A DNA stretch of 64,000 nucleotides from Patescibacteria group bacterium (GTDB taxonomy: Bacteria > Patescibacteriota > Gracilibacteria > UM-FILTER-43-11), in contig JAHJBZ010000066.1 of assembly GCA_018813295.1 (NCBI GenBank), positions 11,231 to 75,230 of the forward strand. Reading direction: 5' to 3'. Below the pieces are notes generated by a model, which saw only the letters and a list, made by a program, of their open reading frames with translations, was not told the DNA's origin and did not search any database. Position numbers and translations under genes: made by a program. Positions within the stretch are counted from its first letter, which is position 1; each line of letters starts with the position of its first letter. This document shows positions 35,762-44,994 of this stretch, one piece after another.

Positions 35762-35844
35762 TTTCTGCCTACGGCGGAGACCTAATTGGTGACCTAATAG
35801 GTGTACACCAATAAGGCCACCAATTAGGCCACCCATTAGAAATT
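35762..35844. repeat. 12-mer mirror-repeat leader (gacctaattggt / accaattaggcc)
   Basis: gacctaattggt gacctaataggt gt-ac accaataaggcc accaattaggcc acccattag, ending 6 nt before ATG 35845. Confidence 0.85.
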
Positions 35845-37476
35845 ATGAAAAACTGTAAAAACTGCACCACCGAATTCGAAATAGCAGAACAGGATCGTAA
35901 ATATTACGAAAAAATTAACGTGCCCGAACCTACACACTGCCCAACATGCCGCCAACAACGGAGGTATGCAATTCGCAATGAAAGAAATCTATACAAAAGA
36001 AAATGTGGCATGTGTAATAAGGAATTGGTATCGATGTATTCCCCAGACAAACCATTCCCTATTTACTGCCCAAGCTGTTGGTGGGAGGGTGATTGGCATG
36101 GGACTAGCTACGCACAGGAATTTGATTTTAGTAGACCCTTTTTTGATCAGTTTAGAGATTTACAAAACAAAGTTCCACGAATCAGTTTGTATTTAGTTAA
36201 TTCGGAAAATTGTGACTACTGCAACTTTGTTGGTGACTGCAAAAATTGTTATTTAACGTTCGGATCTGTTTATTCAGAAGATTGTTTATACGGTTCTGCA
36301 TACTATTCAAAAAACTGCATGGACAATTTGGTGACCAGAGAATGTGAACTATGTTATGAGTGCACGGACAGCAGAAAATTATATAACTGTTTGTATTGCC
36401 AGGACTGCTATCATTCAGATCATCTGCTTTTTTGTTATGACCTGCAGGGGTGTAGTGAGTGTATTGCATGTGCGGGGCTAAGAAATAAAAAATATCACAT
36501 CGAAAATAAGCCTTATTCAAAAGAGGAATATGAAGCAATCAAATCTAAAATAAATTTTTGCAGCTCAAAGCAATTAGAAGGTGTACATGAGCAGCTAAAG
36601 AAGATGAAATTGGAAATTCCACATCATTTTATGCCAAATAGCAACGTACAAAACGTAAGCGGTACTCATATTTACAATTCAAAAAACACCCACCACTCAT
36701 TTTATGTAGATAGATGTGAAGACTGTGCATACTGCATGCAGGTTGTAGACTTAAAAGATTGCTACGACAACAATTACACCGAAGAAAATGAATTGTGTTA
36801 TGAATATCTTGGAATGTATGGGGCGAAAAATACTTTTTACTCAACTTTCTCCAGACATTCATACGATGTTTTTTATTCTGAATACACTATTAACGCCAAA
36901 AATTTATTTGGATGTAGCAATATTCACAAAAAGGACTTTTGTATTTTGAACAAGCCTTACTCAGAAGAAGAATATAAAGAACTTGTTCCAAAAATAATCG
37001 ACCATATGAAGGAAGCCGGTGAATGGGGAGAATTTTTTCCTATAAGCCACTCACCATTCGCATACAACGAAACAGTTGCGCAAGAATATTTCCCAATGGA
37101 AAAGGGGGGAGCCACTGGCAAGGGTTACAAGTGGAAAGACCCAGACCAAAAAGAATGCCAACCTCAAACAACCGAAGTTCCTGTAGAGATTAAAGATGTT
37201 CAGGATTCAATTTTAAATGAAGTTTTAGCTTGCAGCGACTGCAAAAAAAATTACAAAATAATTTCGCAGGAATTAAAATTTTATCGCAATATACACCTGC
37301 CTATTCCAAAAAAATGCCCCGACTGCAGACATAAAAACAGACTCTCGCTCCGCAATCCTCGCAAACTATTCAGCAGGCAGTGTAATAAGTGTAATACAGA
37401 TATTCAGACAACTTATGCACCAGACAGACCGGAGAAAGTTTATTGTGAAAAATGCTATCACGAATCGGTATACTAA
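35845..37476 (+). CDS. Cys-rich zinc-ribbon/repeat protein, paralog B (543 aa)
   Basis: Same length and architecture as 34130-35761, roughly 40% identical by eye. It retains the second N-terminal ribbon (RKCGMCN...YCPSCWW) that is degenerate in paralog A. Confidence 0.8.
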   Translation: MKNCKNCTTEFEIAEQDRKYYEKINVPEPTHCPTCRQQRRYAIRNERNLYKRKCGMCNKELVSMYSPDKPFPIYCPSCWWEGDWHGTSYAQEFDFSRPFFDQFRDLQNKVPRISLYLVNSENCDYCNFVGDCKNCYLTFGSVYSEDCLYGSAYYSKNCMDNLVTRECELCYECTDSRKLYNCLYCQDCYHSDHLLFCYDLQGCSECIACAGLRNKKYHIENKPYSKEEYEAIKSKINFCSSKQLEGVHEQLKKMKLEIPHHFMPNSNVQNVSGTHIYNSKNTHHSFYVDRCEDCAYCMQVVDLKDCYDNNYTEENELCYEYLGMYGAKNTFYSTFSRHSYDVFYSEYTINAKNLFGCSNIHKKDFCILNKPYSEEEYKELVPKIIDHMKEAGEWGEFFPISHSPFAYNETVAQEYFPMEKGGATGKGYKWKDPDQKECQPQTTEVPVEIKDVQDSILNEVLACSDCKKNYKIISQELKFYRNIHLPIPKKCPDCRHKNRLSLRNPRKLFSRQCNKCNTDIQTTYAPDRPEKVYCEKCYHESVY

Positions 37477-37564
37477 TGGATAAACTAATTGTAGGACTAA
37501 TGGTCGGACTAATCGATAAGTTCATCAATAGTACATCAATTAGTCCACCAATAAGTCCCCCAAT
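37477..37564. repeat. 12-mer mirror-repeat leader (ggactaatggtc / tcaattagtcca)
   Basis: aaactaattgta ggactaatggtc ggactaatcgat ... atcaatagtaca tcaattagtcca ccaataagtccc, ending directly before ATG 37565. Confidence 0.85.
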
Positions 37565-39295
37565 ATGAACTTTGTTACAACCCCAAACACCACCAAACAA
37601 ATTGACCTCCTTCTAATCAATCCCGACTTCTCAAAAAATGAGTTAGGTGTTACATCAGCTCCGGAAAATCATTTAGGACTTAATAGGTTGGCGGGGTATT
37701 TGGCAAAAAAGGGACACAAGTGTGCAGTGATCGACACAACTGGACGTGAGAGCGGAACAAGTGGACCGGAAAATTTAGGTAAATGGATCGCAGACCACGC
37801 GCAGGAATACAAATCAATCGGATTCCATACAAATTCCTGGAACATAAATCATATTCTCCGTGCACTTAACGAGTGCAGATCTGCATTGAAAAACAAAAAA
37901 GTTTTATTTGGAGGACCGCTTGCAAGTTCTGAGCCAAAAAAAATGACTGAGCTTTTAATGGAGTCCGGACTCCAAAACATTGGAGTTGTGGAAGGACTCG
38001 GGGAAAAGATTACAGACGAAATTTTGAATAAAAATAACCTGTCGGACGTAAATGGACTCTGGTGTTTTGAGAATGGAAAGTTTAAAGAGGGTGAAAAAGT
38101 GGCCCTAACACAAGAGGAATTCGAAGGCACCCCATTTCTTGATCTTGAATACAATACTTTTTACCAAAATTACTACAAACCGGTAATCGAAAGTGGTGAT
38201 TTGGATAATTTCAGCATGGAAATTATTTTCGGTTCACAGGGGCTGGATGTAAACCGCGGCTGCCCTTTCAAATGCACCTATTGTTCGGTACCGCAATATG
38301 AAAGAAAGCTAATTACCTACTCACCAAAAAGGGTTGTTGATGAATTGGAATACCTAGCCAAAGAAGCAGGGTTTTTCATGTTCACTTTCACCAACTCAAA
38401 CATAATGTTTTATGACCAGTTATGGATTCAGGAGTTCTGCCGGGAAGTTATCGGGAGAGGAATGAACGATTATATAAATTGGACCGCATATCATCACCCA
38501 AGCATCATTGCGAAACTCCCGTTATCCGATTTCAACCTAATGAGAAAAGCTGGATCGGATAATATTGTATTCGGAATACAGAGTTTTGAAGAAAAAATCT
38601 TAAAACTTTTTATGCGGCCGCTGAATACCAGAGAGCTAACAGAAGTAATCAGAGAAAAAACCTTAAACTCCAAACAATATTTAACCGTAGACTACATAAC
38701 AGGCGTACCAGGGGAAGATTTGGACGTGATAGAAGATGCATTTAACTACTTTATCGACAACGAAATTGAATGTCGCAACTATCAGCTGAAGTTTTACCCA
38801 AATACAAAACTGCCAACTATGGATTTGGACATGTCGGATCATGATTTGGTACCAATAACAGGAGAACTTGCACCGGAATTAAATGCATATGCAATAGTTT
38901 CAAAGCATCCAAACCCAAAAGCAGCAAAATTGGACGGGATGTTACGTGAGGCAAATGAAGATTTAACAAAAAACCGCCCACCAAGACTTGGAAAATATAT
39001 TGTCGACTCCGCGGAAACCGCAAAAATGCTGTACGAAAAAGAAATTCCAGACAATCCAAACATTCCGGATAAAGTAAAACGCGCCATGCGCATCGCACTT
39101 CACGAAATGCTCAATCCAAAAAAACGTGAGCAGACTTTGGAAGGGCTGGATCCAATGGAAATGATGAAAAAGGTAATAATGGCAGGAAACGACGCCCCGC
39201 CAATGGTTAAAGCAATGCAGGAGAAATTGAAAAATGAATTAGGAGAAGGAAAATTTAAGGAATTAAGAGATAAATACGGACAAAATGGTATTTAA
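37565..39295 (+). CDS. B12-binding-domain radical SAM enzyme (class B-like)
   Basis: 576 aa. N-terminal Rossmann-like segment (LLLINPDF...LAGYLAKKGHKCAVIDT). Radical SAM cluster motif GCPFKCTYCSV (CxxxCxxC). Confidence 0.85.
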   Translation: MNFVTTPNTTKQIDLLLINPDFSKNELGVTSAPENHLGLNRLAGYLAKKGHKCAVIDTTGRESGTSGPENLGKWIADHAQEYKSIGFHTNSWNINHILRALNECRSALKNKKVLFGGPLASSEPKKMTELLMESGLQNIGVVEGLGEKITDEILNKNNLSDVNGLWCFENGKFKEGEKVALTQEEFEGTPFLDLEYNTFYQNYYKPVIESGDLDNFSMEIIFGSQGLDVNRGCPFKCTYCSVPQYERKLITYSPKRVVDELEYLAKEAGFFMFTFTNSNIMFYDQLWIQEFCREVIGRGMNDYINWTAYHHPSIIAKLPLSDFNLMRKAGSDNIVFGIQSFEEKILKLFMRPLNTRELTEVIREKTLNSKQYLTVDYITGVPGEDLDVIEDAFNYFIDNEIECRNYQLKFYPNTKLPTMDLDMSDHDLVPITGELAPELNAYAIVSKHPNPKAAKLDGMLREANEDLTKNRPPRLGKYIVDSAETAKMLYEKEIPDNPNIPDKVKRAMRIALHEMLNPKKREQTLEGLDPMEMMKKVIMAGNDAPPMVKAMQEKLKNELGEGKFKELRDKYGQNGI

Positions 39296-39341
39296 CAAAA
39301 AGGCGGGAATGGTTCCCCCTGCCTGCCCCGCAACGGCGGTG

Positions 39342-39361
39342 GATAAGGGGGTTAGGGGGTT
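39342..39361. repeat. Intergenic copy of the 20-mer found inside the 31364-31423 insertion
   Basis: gataagggggttagggggtt is identical to 31389-31408. It is embedded in a GC-rich patch (ccccctgcctgccccgcaacggcggtg). Confidence 0.9.
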
Positions 39362-39394
39362 CTCACCTTTTGCTTAATTCTTAAGACTTACTCC

Positions 39395-40579
39395 TTAAGA
39401 CTTTTTTCCCGCTTCCAATTCCTCCATTACATATTCTGTCACCTCATCAGCAATCTTTCCTTTAATATAACCATAAGCTTTTAGATCTATCTTAACCGCA
39501 GCAAGCTGAATAGCAGGAGATGGATTATCAATCAATTCAATTAAAAGTGGATTTTGTTTAAGTGCTTCTAATACAACCCTTTCATCTGACTCCATACCCA
39601 TTGCAAGAATATGCCTAAGTGCACCCACATCATTAGAAACAGCAGCAAACTGATTTAATGCATCTGCATCTCGGAAATGTTTAATTAATGATCCATTTTT
39701 ACCAAGCAGCTCATATAGCTCTACCGGTGACAATGAAAAATTATTGATAAGAGGAATTGCATCTAAGTTTTTTTCAAGCGCTTTAGCTTGGACATCTTTT
39801 GATGGATTTTCAATAAGCTCAACCAATCTCCAATCCTTCTCAACCGCAAAAAGTTGAACTGATTGCTCTGGGGTGATTCCGGCCTCAAGAATAACTCTGA
39901 ACATTTGAGGATTCTTCTCAACTGCAAGGAGTTGAACCGCTGTTGACGGAGTTACTACGGAACTAACAAGAGTTTCAAATGCCGCTATATCCTTCTTAAC
40001 TAATGCAATTTGAACTGGTTCTTCTGGAATTATTCCGACACCAACAATAGCCTCAAATGCCTCCACACCATGCTGTTCAACTGCAGCTTTTTGAGCTTTT
40101 TCTGATGGGATAATCTCCATTGCAATAATACGCCTAAGCGCTTCCAATCCACTTTCCTGGTTAGAGGAAAGGCTAACGGCAACAACTTGCAAATCTTCGT
40201 CTTGGGCTAAATCACCAGCATATTTAATCGCCCTTCCATCTTGCCCAACTGCTTCACGTATACGTTTCTCCGATGGAGTTATTCCCATTCTAATGATTTG
40301 ACCAAGAAAAGCTCCATTTGCCTCAATCACAGCATCTTGACCTGCCTCCGATATATTCTGCATACTTTTTACAATTCTACCCCTACTTAATTCAATAAGT
40401 TCAATCATTCTGTCGTCAGGTACTTCTACACCTGTAGCCAGTACATTTTTCAGTGCAGTACGATCCGCAGCCGGAGCTGACTGCTCTGGTTGACCTGATC
40501 TAGCTGCCTGACCTGATTGATCCTGCTTATTGTCACCATCTTCTGCTTGTGGTCTTGTTACTGTTCTTTTTATAGCCAT
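39395..40579 (-). CDS. Tandem helical-repeat protein (HEAT/DUF4116-like periodicity)
   Basis: 394 aa. The N-terminal ~45 residues are disordered and Q/A/G-rich. About nine ~36-aa repeats follow with a recurring (I/T)P(S/E)E..Q.(A/L)AV motif. The stop codon lies inside a 14-mer repeat unit. Confidence 0.7.
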   Translation of the reverse strand: MAIKRTVTRPQAEDGDNKQDQSGQAARSGQPEQSAPAADRTALKNVLATGVEVPDDRMIELIELSRGRIVKSMQNISEAGQDAVIEANGAFLGQIIRMGITPSEKRIREAVGQDGRAIKYAGDLAQDEDLQVVAVSLSSNQESGLEALRRIIAMEIIPSEKAQKAAVEQHGVEAFEAIVGVGIIPEEPVQIALVKKDIAAFETLVSSVVTPSTAVQLLAVEKNPQMFRVILEAGITPEQSVQLFAVEKDWRLVELIENPSKDVQAKALEKNLDAIPLINNFSLSPVELYELLGKNGSLIKHFRDADALNQFAAVSNDVGALRHILAMGMESDERVVLEALKQNPLLIELIDNPSPAIQLAAVKIDLKAYGYIKGKIADEVTEYVMEELEAGKKS

Positions 40580-40854
40580 TTTCTTAAAAATTAATAATTA
40601 AATGTCTTCTTGCTGTGAATTGGCAAGAAAAAGACATCCTGCCAAACGTGGAGGGTATTTTATTACATATTTTTAACCTTGTCAACCCTATTTTAAACAA
40701 TTTTAATTAAATTTGTTAAATCCCCTTTTTCCCGCTAAACTATCTACCAGACGCATAATAAGATTATTTCGACTATTAAGACTATTACGACTATTAGGAA
40801 ATCCTAAAAGTCCTAAAAGTCGTAAAATTCTTAAAAGTCCTAACTAAAATACCA

Positions 40855-42768
40855 ATGGAAATTCCTAAAATAGGACAACCCCTAAATGACGAACAAATCA
40901 ATTTTTTAAATGTGCTAACAAAAAGCTGCCGTAATGCAATAGTGGCAATGGTTGCAAATGCGCAGTCCGGCCACCCCGGCGGCGCCTGCTCATCAATTGA
41001 TTATCTTGCAACAATTTATGCATTCATTATCAGCCAGACGGGTGAGGATGTAGTTGTAAGCAATGGCCACGTTTCCGCAGCTGTATACAGCATTTTGGCG
41101 GAAATGGGATATATTCCAAGAGAAGAAGTGATTCAGGATTTTAGAAAAGTAGGAAAAATTTACGAAGGGCATATTACAAGACATGTAAGGGGTGTGAATT
41201 ACGGAACAGGCCCGCTGGGGGTTGGTGTTTCTGTAGCAACCGGTTTTGCAATTGCAGAAAAGCTAAAAAAGACCGATCGCCGGGTTTTTGCAATGGCCGG
41301 AGACGGCGAATGTGATGAAGGGCAGGTTTACGAAATGATGCACTTTGCAAATAAGTATAAATTAGACAATTACACCTTATTTATTGATTATAATGCGGTT
41401 CAGCTTACAGATAGTTTAGATAAAACTATGCCAATTAATCTGAAGGAAATTTTTGAATCAGCAAATTGGAACGTTTTGGAATGTGATGGACATAATTTTA
41501 GTGAAATTTGGGATGCTGTTGGAAAAAGTTATGAGTCAGATAAGCCGACAATGATTCTCGGCCATACAATTATGGGTAAAGGGGTTACTTTTATGGAACC
41601 GGACGGAGCTGATCACAAATCCACTTGGCATGGCATACCTCCAAAACCAGAACAAGCGGAAAGTGAACTTGCAGGCCCACTTAAAATGACAGATGAAGAA
41701 GTAAGTTTGTTAAATGAATTCAGAAAACAGGTTAAATGGGAACCGCCTAAAAACCATGAAATTGAAAACCTCACTCCCATCCCCGGATTTAAAATAGGAG
41801 AGCCAAATATAATCGAACCAGGTGAAAAAGTAGACTGTCGTGGAGCCTACGGAAAGGCGCTTTTAGACCTTGCAAAACTAAATGACAATGTTGTTGCTAT
41901 GACAGCAGACCTGGGAGGATCTGTAAAAACAACAGTTATGGGCAAGGAGTTCCCGGAAAGAGTATTTGAAGTAGGAATTGCAGAGCAACACATGGTTAGC
42001 TTTGCTGGAGGATTAAGTTTGCGAAATATGATTCCATTCGCATCAACTTTTGGTGTGTTTATGACAAGCAGGGCAAAAGATCAGGCTAGACTGAATGATA
42101 TAAATGAAACAAATGTAAAAATGGTATCCACACATTGTGGACTTTCCGTAGGAGAAGATGGGCCAACTCACCAAACGGTGGATGATATGGGCTCTTTTTC
42201 TGGCTTCTTTAACACAGATATATTAGAACCAGCAGATGCGAATCAAACTGACCATATCATTAGATTTATAGCCGCACATTATGGAAATTTTTATGTACGC
42301 ATGGGGCGACATAAGTTCGAAGTGCTCACAAAGGAAGATGGAACACCTTTTTATGATGACAAATACAAATTCGAACTTGGGAAGGCGGATGTAATCAGGA
42401 AAGGTGATCAGGTTACAGTTGTTGCTGTAGGATCAATGGTGAACATTGCATTAGATGTAGCGGAAAAATTGAAAGGGGAAATCTCGGTTGAACTTATTGC
42501 AATGAGCTCATTTAGCAAAATTGATATAGATACACTGGTTACATCACTCGAAAAAACCGGAAAAATTATAACAATAGAAGATCATAATCCTAAATCTGGA
42601 TGGGCTAATCAAATTAACAGTGTAATAGCTCAGGAAGGGCTTTCTGTAATTATCAACAATCTTGCGGTACGAAAGTATCAGCTCTCCGGCAAACCACTAG
42701 AGCTTTACGATCAGGCTGGAATCGGCCAATCAGATTTAGAAAAAGCAATCCTTGCAATTACTTCTTAA
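40855..42768 (+). CDS. tkt: Transketolase
   Basis: 637 aa. Motifs SGHPGG, GDGECDEGQVYE and HCGLSVGEDGPTHQ. Confidence 0.95.
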   Translation: MEIPKIGQPLNDEQINFLNVLTKSCRNAIVAMVANAQSGHPGGACSSIDYLATIYAFIISQTGEDVVVSNGHVSAAVYSILAEMGYIPREEVIQDFRKVGKIYEGHITRHVRGVNYGTGPLGVGVSVATGFAIAEKLKKTDRRVFAMAGDGECDEGQVYEMMHFANKYKLDNYTLFIDYNAVQLTDSLDKTMPINLKEIFESANWNVLECDGHNFSEIWDAVGKSYESDKPTMILGHTIMGKGVTFMEPDGADHKSTWHGIPPKPEQAESELAGPLKMTDEEVSLLNEFRKQVKWEPPKNHEIENLTPIPGFKIGEPNIIEPGEKVDCRGAYGKALLDLAKLNDNVVAMTADLGGSVKTTVMGKEFPERVFEVGIAEQHMVSFAGGLSLRNMIPFASTFGVFMTSRAKDQARLNDINETNVKMVSTHCGLSVGEDGPTHQTVDDMGSFSGFFNTDILEPADANQTDHIIRFIAAHYGNFYVRMGRHKFEVLTKEDGTPFYDDKYKFELGKADVIRKGDQVTVVAVGSMVNIALDVAEKLKGEISVELIAMSSFSKIDIDTLVTSLEKTGKIITIEDHNPKSGWANQINSVIAQEGLSVIINNLAVRKYQLSGKPLELYDQAGIGQSDLEKAILAITS

Positions 42769-42807
42769 TCCATACGATCCTCTATTCGATCTTCAATTCG
42801 ATCCTCA

Positions 42808-43470
42808 ATGCGAAATATTATGAAAAAACAAATAATCCCAAAAAGAATCGACGTAAGACATTTTAGAGTAGCAATTTTTGGGTCTGCCCGAATCAAACGT
42901 AATGATCCACGTTACAAACTAATACACACTCTAGCTAAAATGATTGCCAGAGATGGAATAGATGTGGTAACTGGCGGTGGCTACGGATTAATGGAAGCAG
43001 CAAATAAAGGGCATAGGGAAGGGCAAAAAAGGGGTGGAAAAGTTCAATCATTTGGCTTAAATATTAAACTGCCAAAAGAGCAAAAAGCCAATAAGCATTT
43101 GGACATTAAAAAAGAATTTGGGCGCTTCTCAGACCGCTTGGATTATTTTATGCACCTTTCAAATGCAGTAGTAGTTGCACCTGGAGGAATAGGCACACTA
43201 CTGGAATTCCTGTATACCTGGCAGCTTATTCAGGTTGGGCATATTTGCAATATCCCGATCATTCTTTTGGGCAAAATGTGGCCGGATTTCATTAAGTGGA
43301 TAGAAAAATGGCCACTAAAGAAGAAACTAATTGATATTGAGGACATGCATCCTATTTTTCTAGCTGATAATTGTAAAGAAGCGATAAAAATCATTAGAAA
43401 GGCGCATAAAGACTTTATAGACCGCGGACCGGATTATTGCTGGAATTACAAAAAATATAAAATTGATTAA
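42808..43470 (+). CDS. LOG-family (TIGR00730-type) nucleotide-binding protein
   Basis: FGSARI...VVTGGGYGLMEAANKG...APGGIGTLLEF, i.e. the GGGxGxM and PGGxGTxxE motifs. Confidence 0.85.
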   Translation: MRNIMKKQIIPKRIDVRHFRVAIFGSARIKRNDPRYKLIHTLAKMIARDGIDVVTGGGYGLMEAANKGHREGQKRGGKVQSFGLNIKLPKEQKANKHLDIKKEFGRFSDRLDYFMHLSNAVVVAPGGIGTLLEFLYTWQLIQVGHICNIPIILLGKMWPDFIKWIEKWPLKKKLIDIEDMHPIFLADNCKEAIKIIRKAHKDFIDRGPDYCWNYKKYKID

Positions 43471-43497
43471 CATATTAGCACCTAAACAACTAAAACT

Positions 43498-43818
43498 ATG
43501 CTTGATAAAGTCCACAAAGAATACCACGAAGGAAAATTAAGTTTTCGTGATTATCTATCAGCCCATCGCACTATTTTAGCCAACGATCGTACGTGGCTTG
43601 GTAATATTCGCACTTCTTTAACCTTCTTTGTTGCTGGTGTCTCTTTTATACAATTTTTCGGCTCATCAATCGTACAGGTTATTGGTTGGATTTTCGTGCC
43701 ATTAGGCATAATAAATTTACTTATTGGACTTTGGCAATATCGCAAAAGGAAAAATATGTTTCAGCTCATTGAAGAAAGTGATGAAATAGTGAAAGAGTAT
43801 TTTGATAATCAAAAATAA
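43498..43818 (+). CDS. DUF202 (YidH)-like small membrane protein
   Basis: 106 aa. LANDRTWLGNIRTSLTFFVAG followed by two TM helices. Confidence 0.7.
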   Translation: MLDKVHKEYHEGKLSFRDYLSAHRTILANDRTWLGNIRTSLTFFVAGVSFIQFFGSSIVQVIGWIFVPLGIINLLIGLWQYRKRKNMFQLIEESDEIVKEYFDNQK

Positions 43819-44138
43819 TGACAGACGAGGGATATAAAAAGATTTTTGTCGGATTATCTGCATTAGCTATTACTTTATTTGGCATTATTGTGACAAGCTT
43901 ATTTTTTGATGTAGAATTTGATGAAAAAAACCTTTGGATAGGAGGAATAATTGTTTTCCTTTCGGTTTTTCTTTTTTATACAACACCAATTTACGGGAAA
44001 ATCATCACGCTTATCGTCTCAATTGGTGCAATTTCCTACTTTTTATCTCAAACAACCGGCTTAGCTATTCATTGGAGTCTAGGGATAGCGCTTAGTTTTA
44101 TGGGAATAGTCAGCTTCGGCCTAATGGTTTTGGAATAA
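43818..44138 (+). CDS. Small membrane protein, translationally coupled to the preceding gene
   Basis: 106 aa, three or four TM helices. TAATG stop/start overlap. Confidence 0.6.
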   Translation: MTDEGYKKIFVGLSALAITLFGIIVTSLFFDVEFDEKNLWIGGIIVFLSVFLFYTTPIYGKIITLIVSIGAISYFLSQTTGLAIHWSLGIALSFMGIVSFGLMVLE

Positions 44139-44282
44139 TTGTCTGAACTGTGATTTATGTGATTGAAATGATTTTTTTGATTTGTATTTTCGTAGAGACG
44201 CATTGCAATGCGTCTCTACGAATGTTTTATATATAAAAATCATATCCATCACTGTAATCATGAGAAATCACAGTTCAGACAA
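44139..44282. mobile_element. MITE-like element, copy A (144 bp)
   Basis: Termini are ttgtctgaactgtgatt (44139-44155) and aatcacagttcagacaa (44266-44282), a perfect 17-bp TIR. The central hairpin is cgtagagacgcattgcaatgcgtctctacg. It starts directly after a TAA stop. Confidence 0.8.
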
Positions 44283-44290
44283 TAAACAAA

Positions 44291-44323
44291 AAACCCCCGT
44301 ATCAATGATACGAGGGGCTTTTG
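44291..44323 (+). terminator. Rho-independent terminator
   Basis: cccccgtatc-aat-gatacgagggg stem with one bulge, followed by ctttt. Confidence 0.6.
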
Positions 44324-44329
44324 TCTGGC

Positions 44330-44800
44330 TCCGATAGAGTGTGAATCGTACGACACATTTACAACGTATCGAGAATCACTCAGAACCAAACAATTTTAGG
44401 TGACTAGCCAAAAATGAAATCCAGACTGCACTTTGGTTTTTGTTTTCGTCCGTCCAAGACGTGTTCTTGGGCGTTATCTTTTTATTTTTATTTTTGGTAA
44501 AATAGACAACAGAACATAAGGGGGTTAAGCTCTCGCTAGTCAGGCAGAGCTACATCGTAAAGCCTAGAGAGGATTAGGCGAGAAGTGAAAAAAGTTTTAT
44601 TTTTATTTTTGTTTTTTACTTCTTACCTACGTAATCTTCTCAGGGCTTTACCTATTGGTAAGTTTATAATGTAAAGGATCAAGGGAGAGTAACTATCCTG
44701 GGCCTGACCGGATCTTTTATTATGATTTTTGTCCGCGGCCCAGAATGTTAATTTTTGTGATTTTTGTTTCGTTTCCGAAGCGGTGAAATCAAAGCATTAT
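44330..44800 (+). ncRNA. Candidate structured RNA of unknown class (strand tentative)
   Basis: Lies in an ORF-free gap between convergent gene ends. It has a long hairpin aaagcc-tagagaggatta-ggcgagaag / cttcttacc-tacg-taatcttctc-a-gggcttt (44559-44650). Two hairpin loops share TTTTTATTTTTATTTTT. A further hairpin ctgggcc...ggcccag spans 44697-44743. G.U pairs slightly favour the + strand. Confidence 0.3.
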
Positions 44801-44994
44801 ATCAAGTAGAAAAATATATGCAAGTTTTTTATATTTACAAAAATATAATTTCATTTTAAAAAAACATATACCCAAAACAGGAATGGCTTTAATAAGGCAC
44901 ATAATTTTTCAATTCAGATTTTCCAATTTTCATTAAAATGATCAAATACTAATCAAGTGAAAAATGATAAATGAAAAATGAAAAATGAAAATTG

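Noticed and set aside
44330-44800. RNase P RNA, tmRNA, SRP RNA or 6S RNA in the ORF-free region
   Set aside because: I found only fragmentary resemblances (ACAGAAC.., GGCUCCGAUAG, GUCAGGC). There is no GGAAAGUCC P4 strand, no tRNA-like T-arm (GGUUCNANUCC) or tag ORF, and no SRP domain IV motif on either strand. The class is left unassigned.
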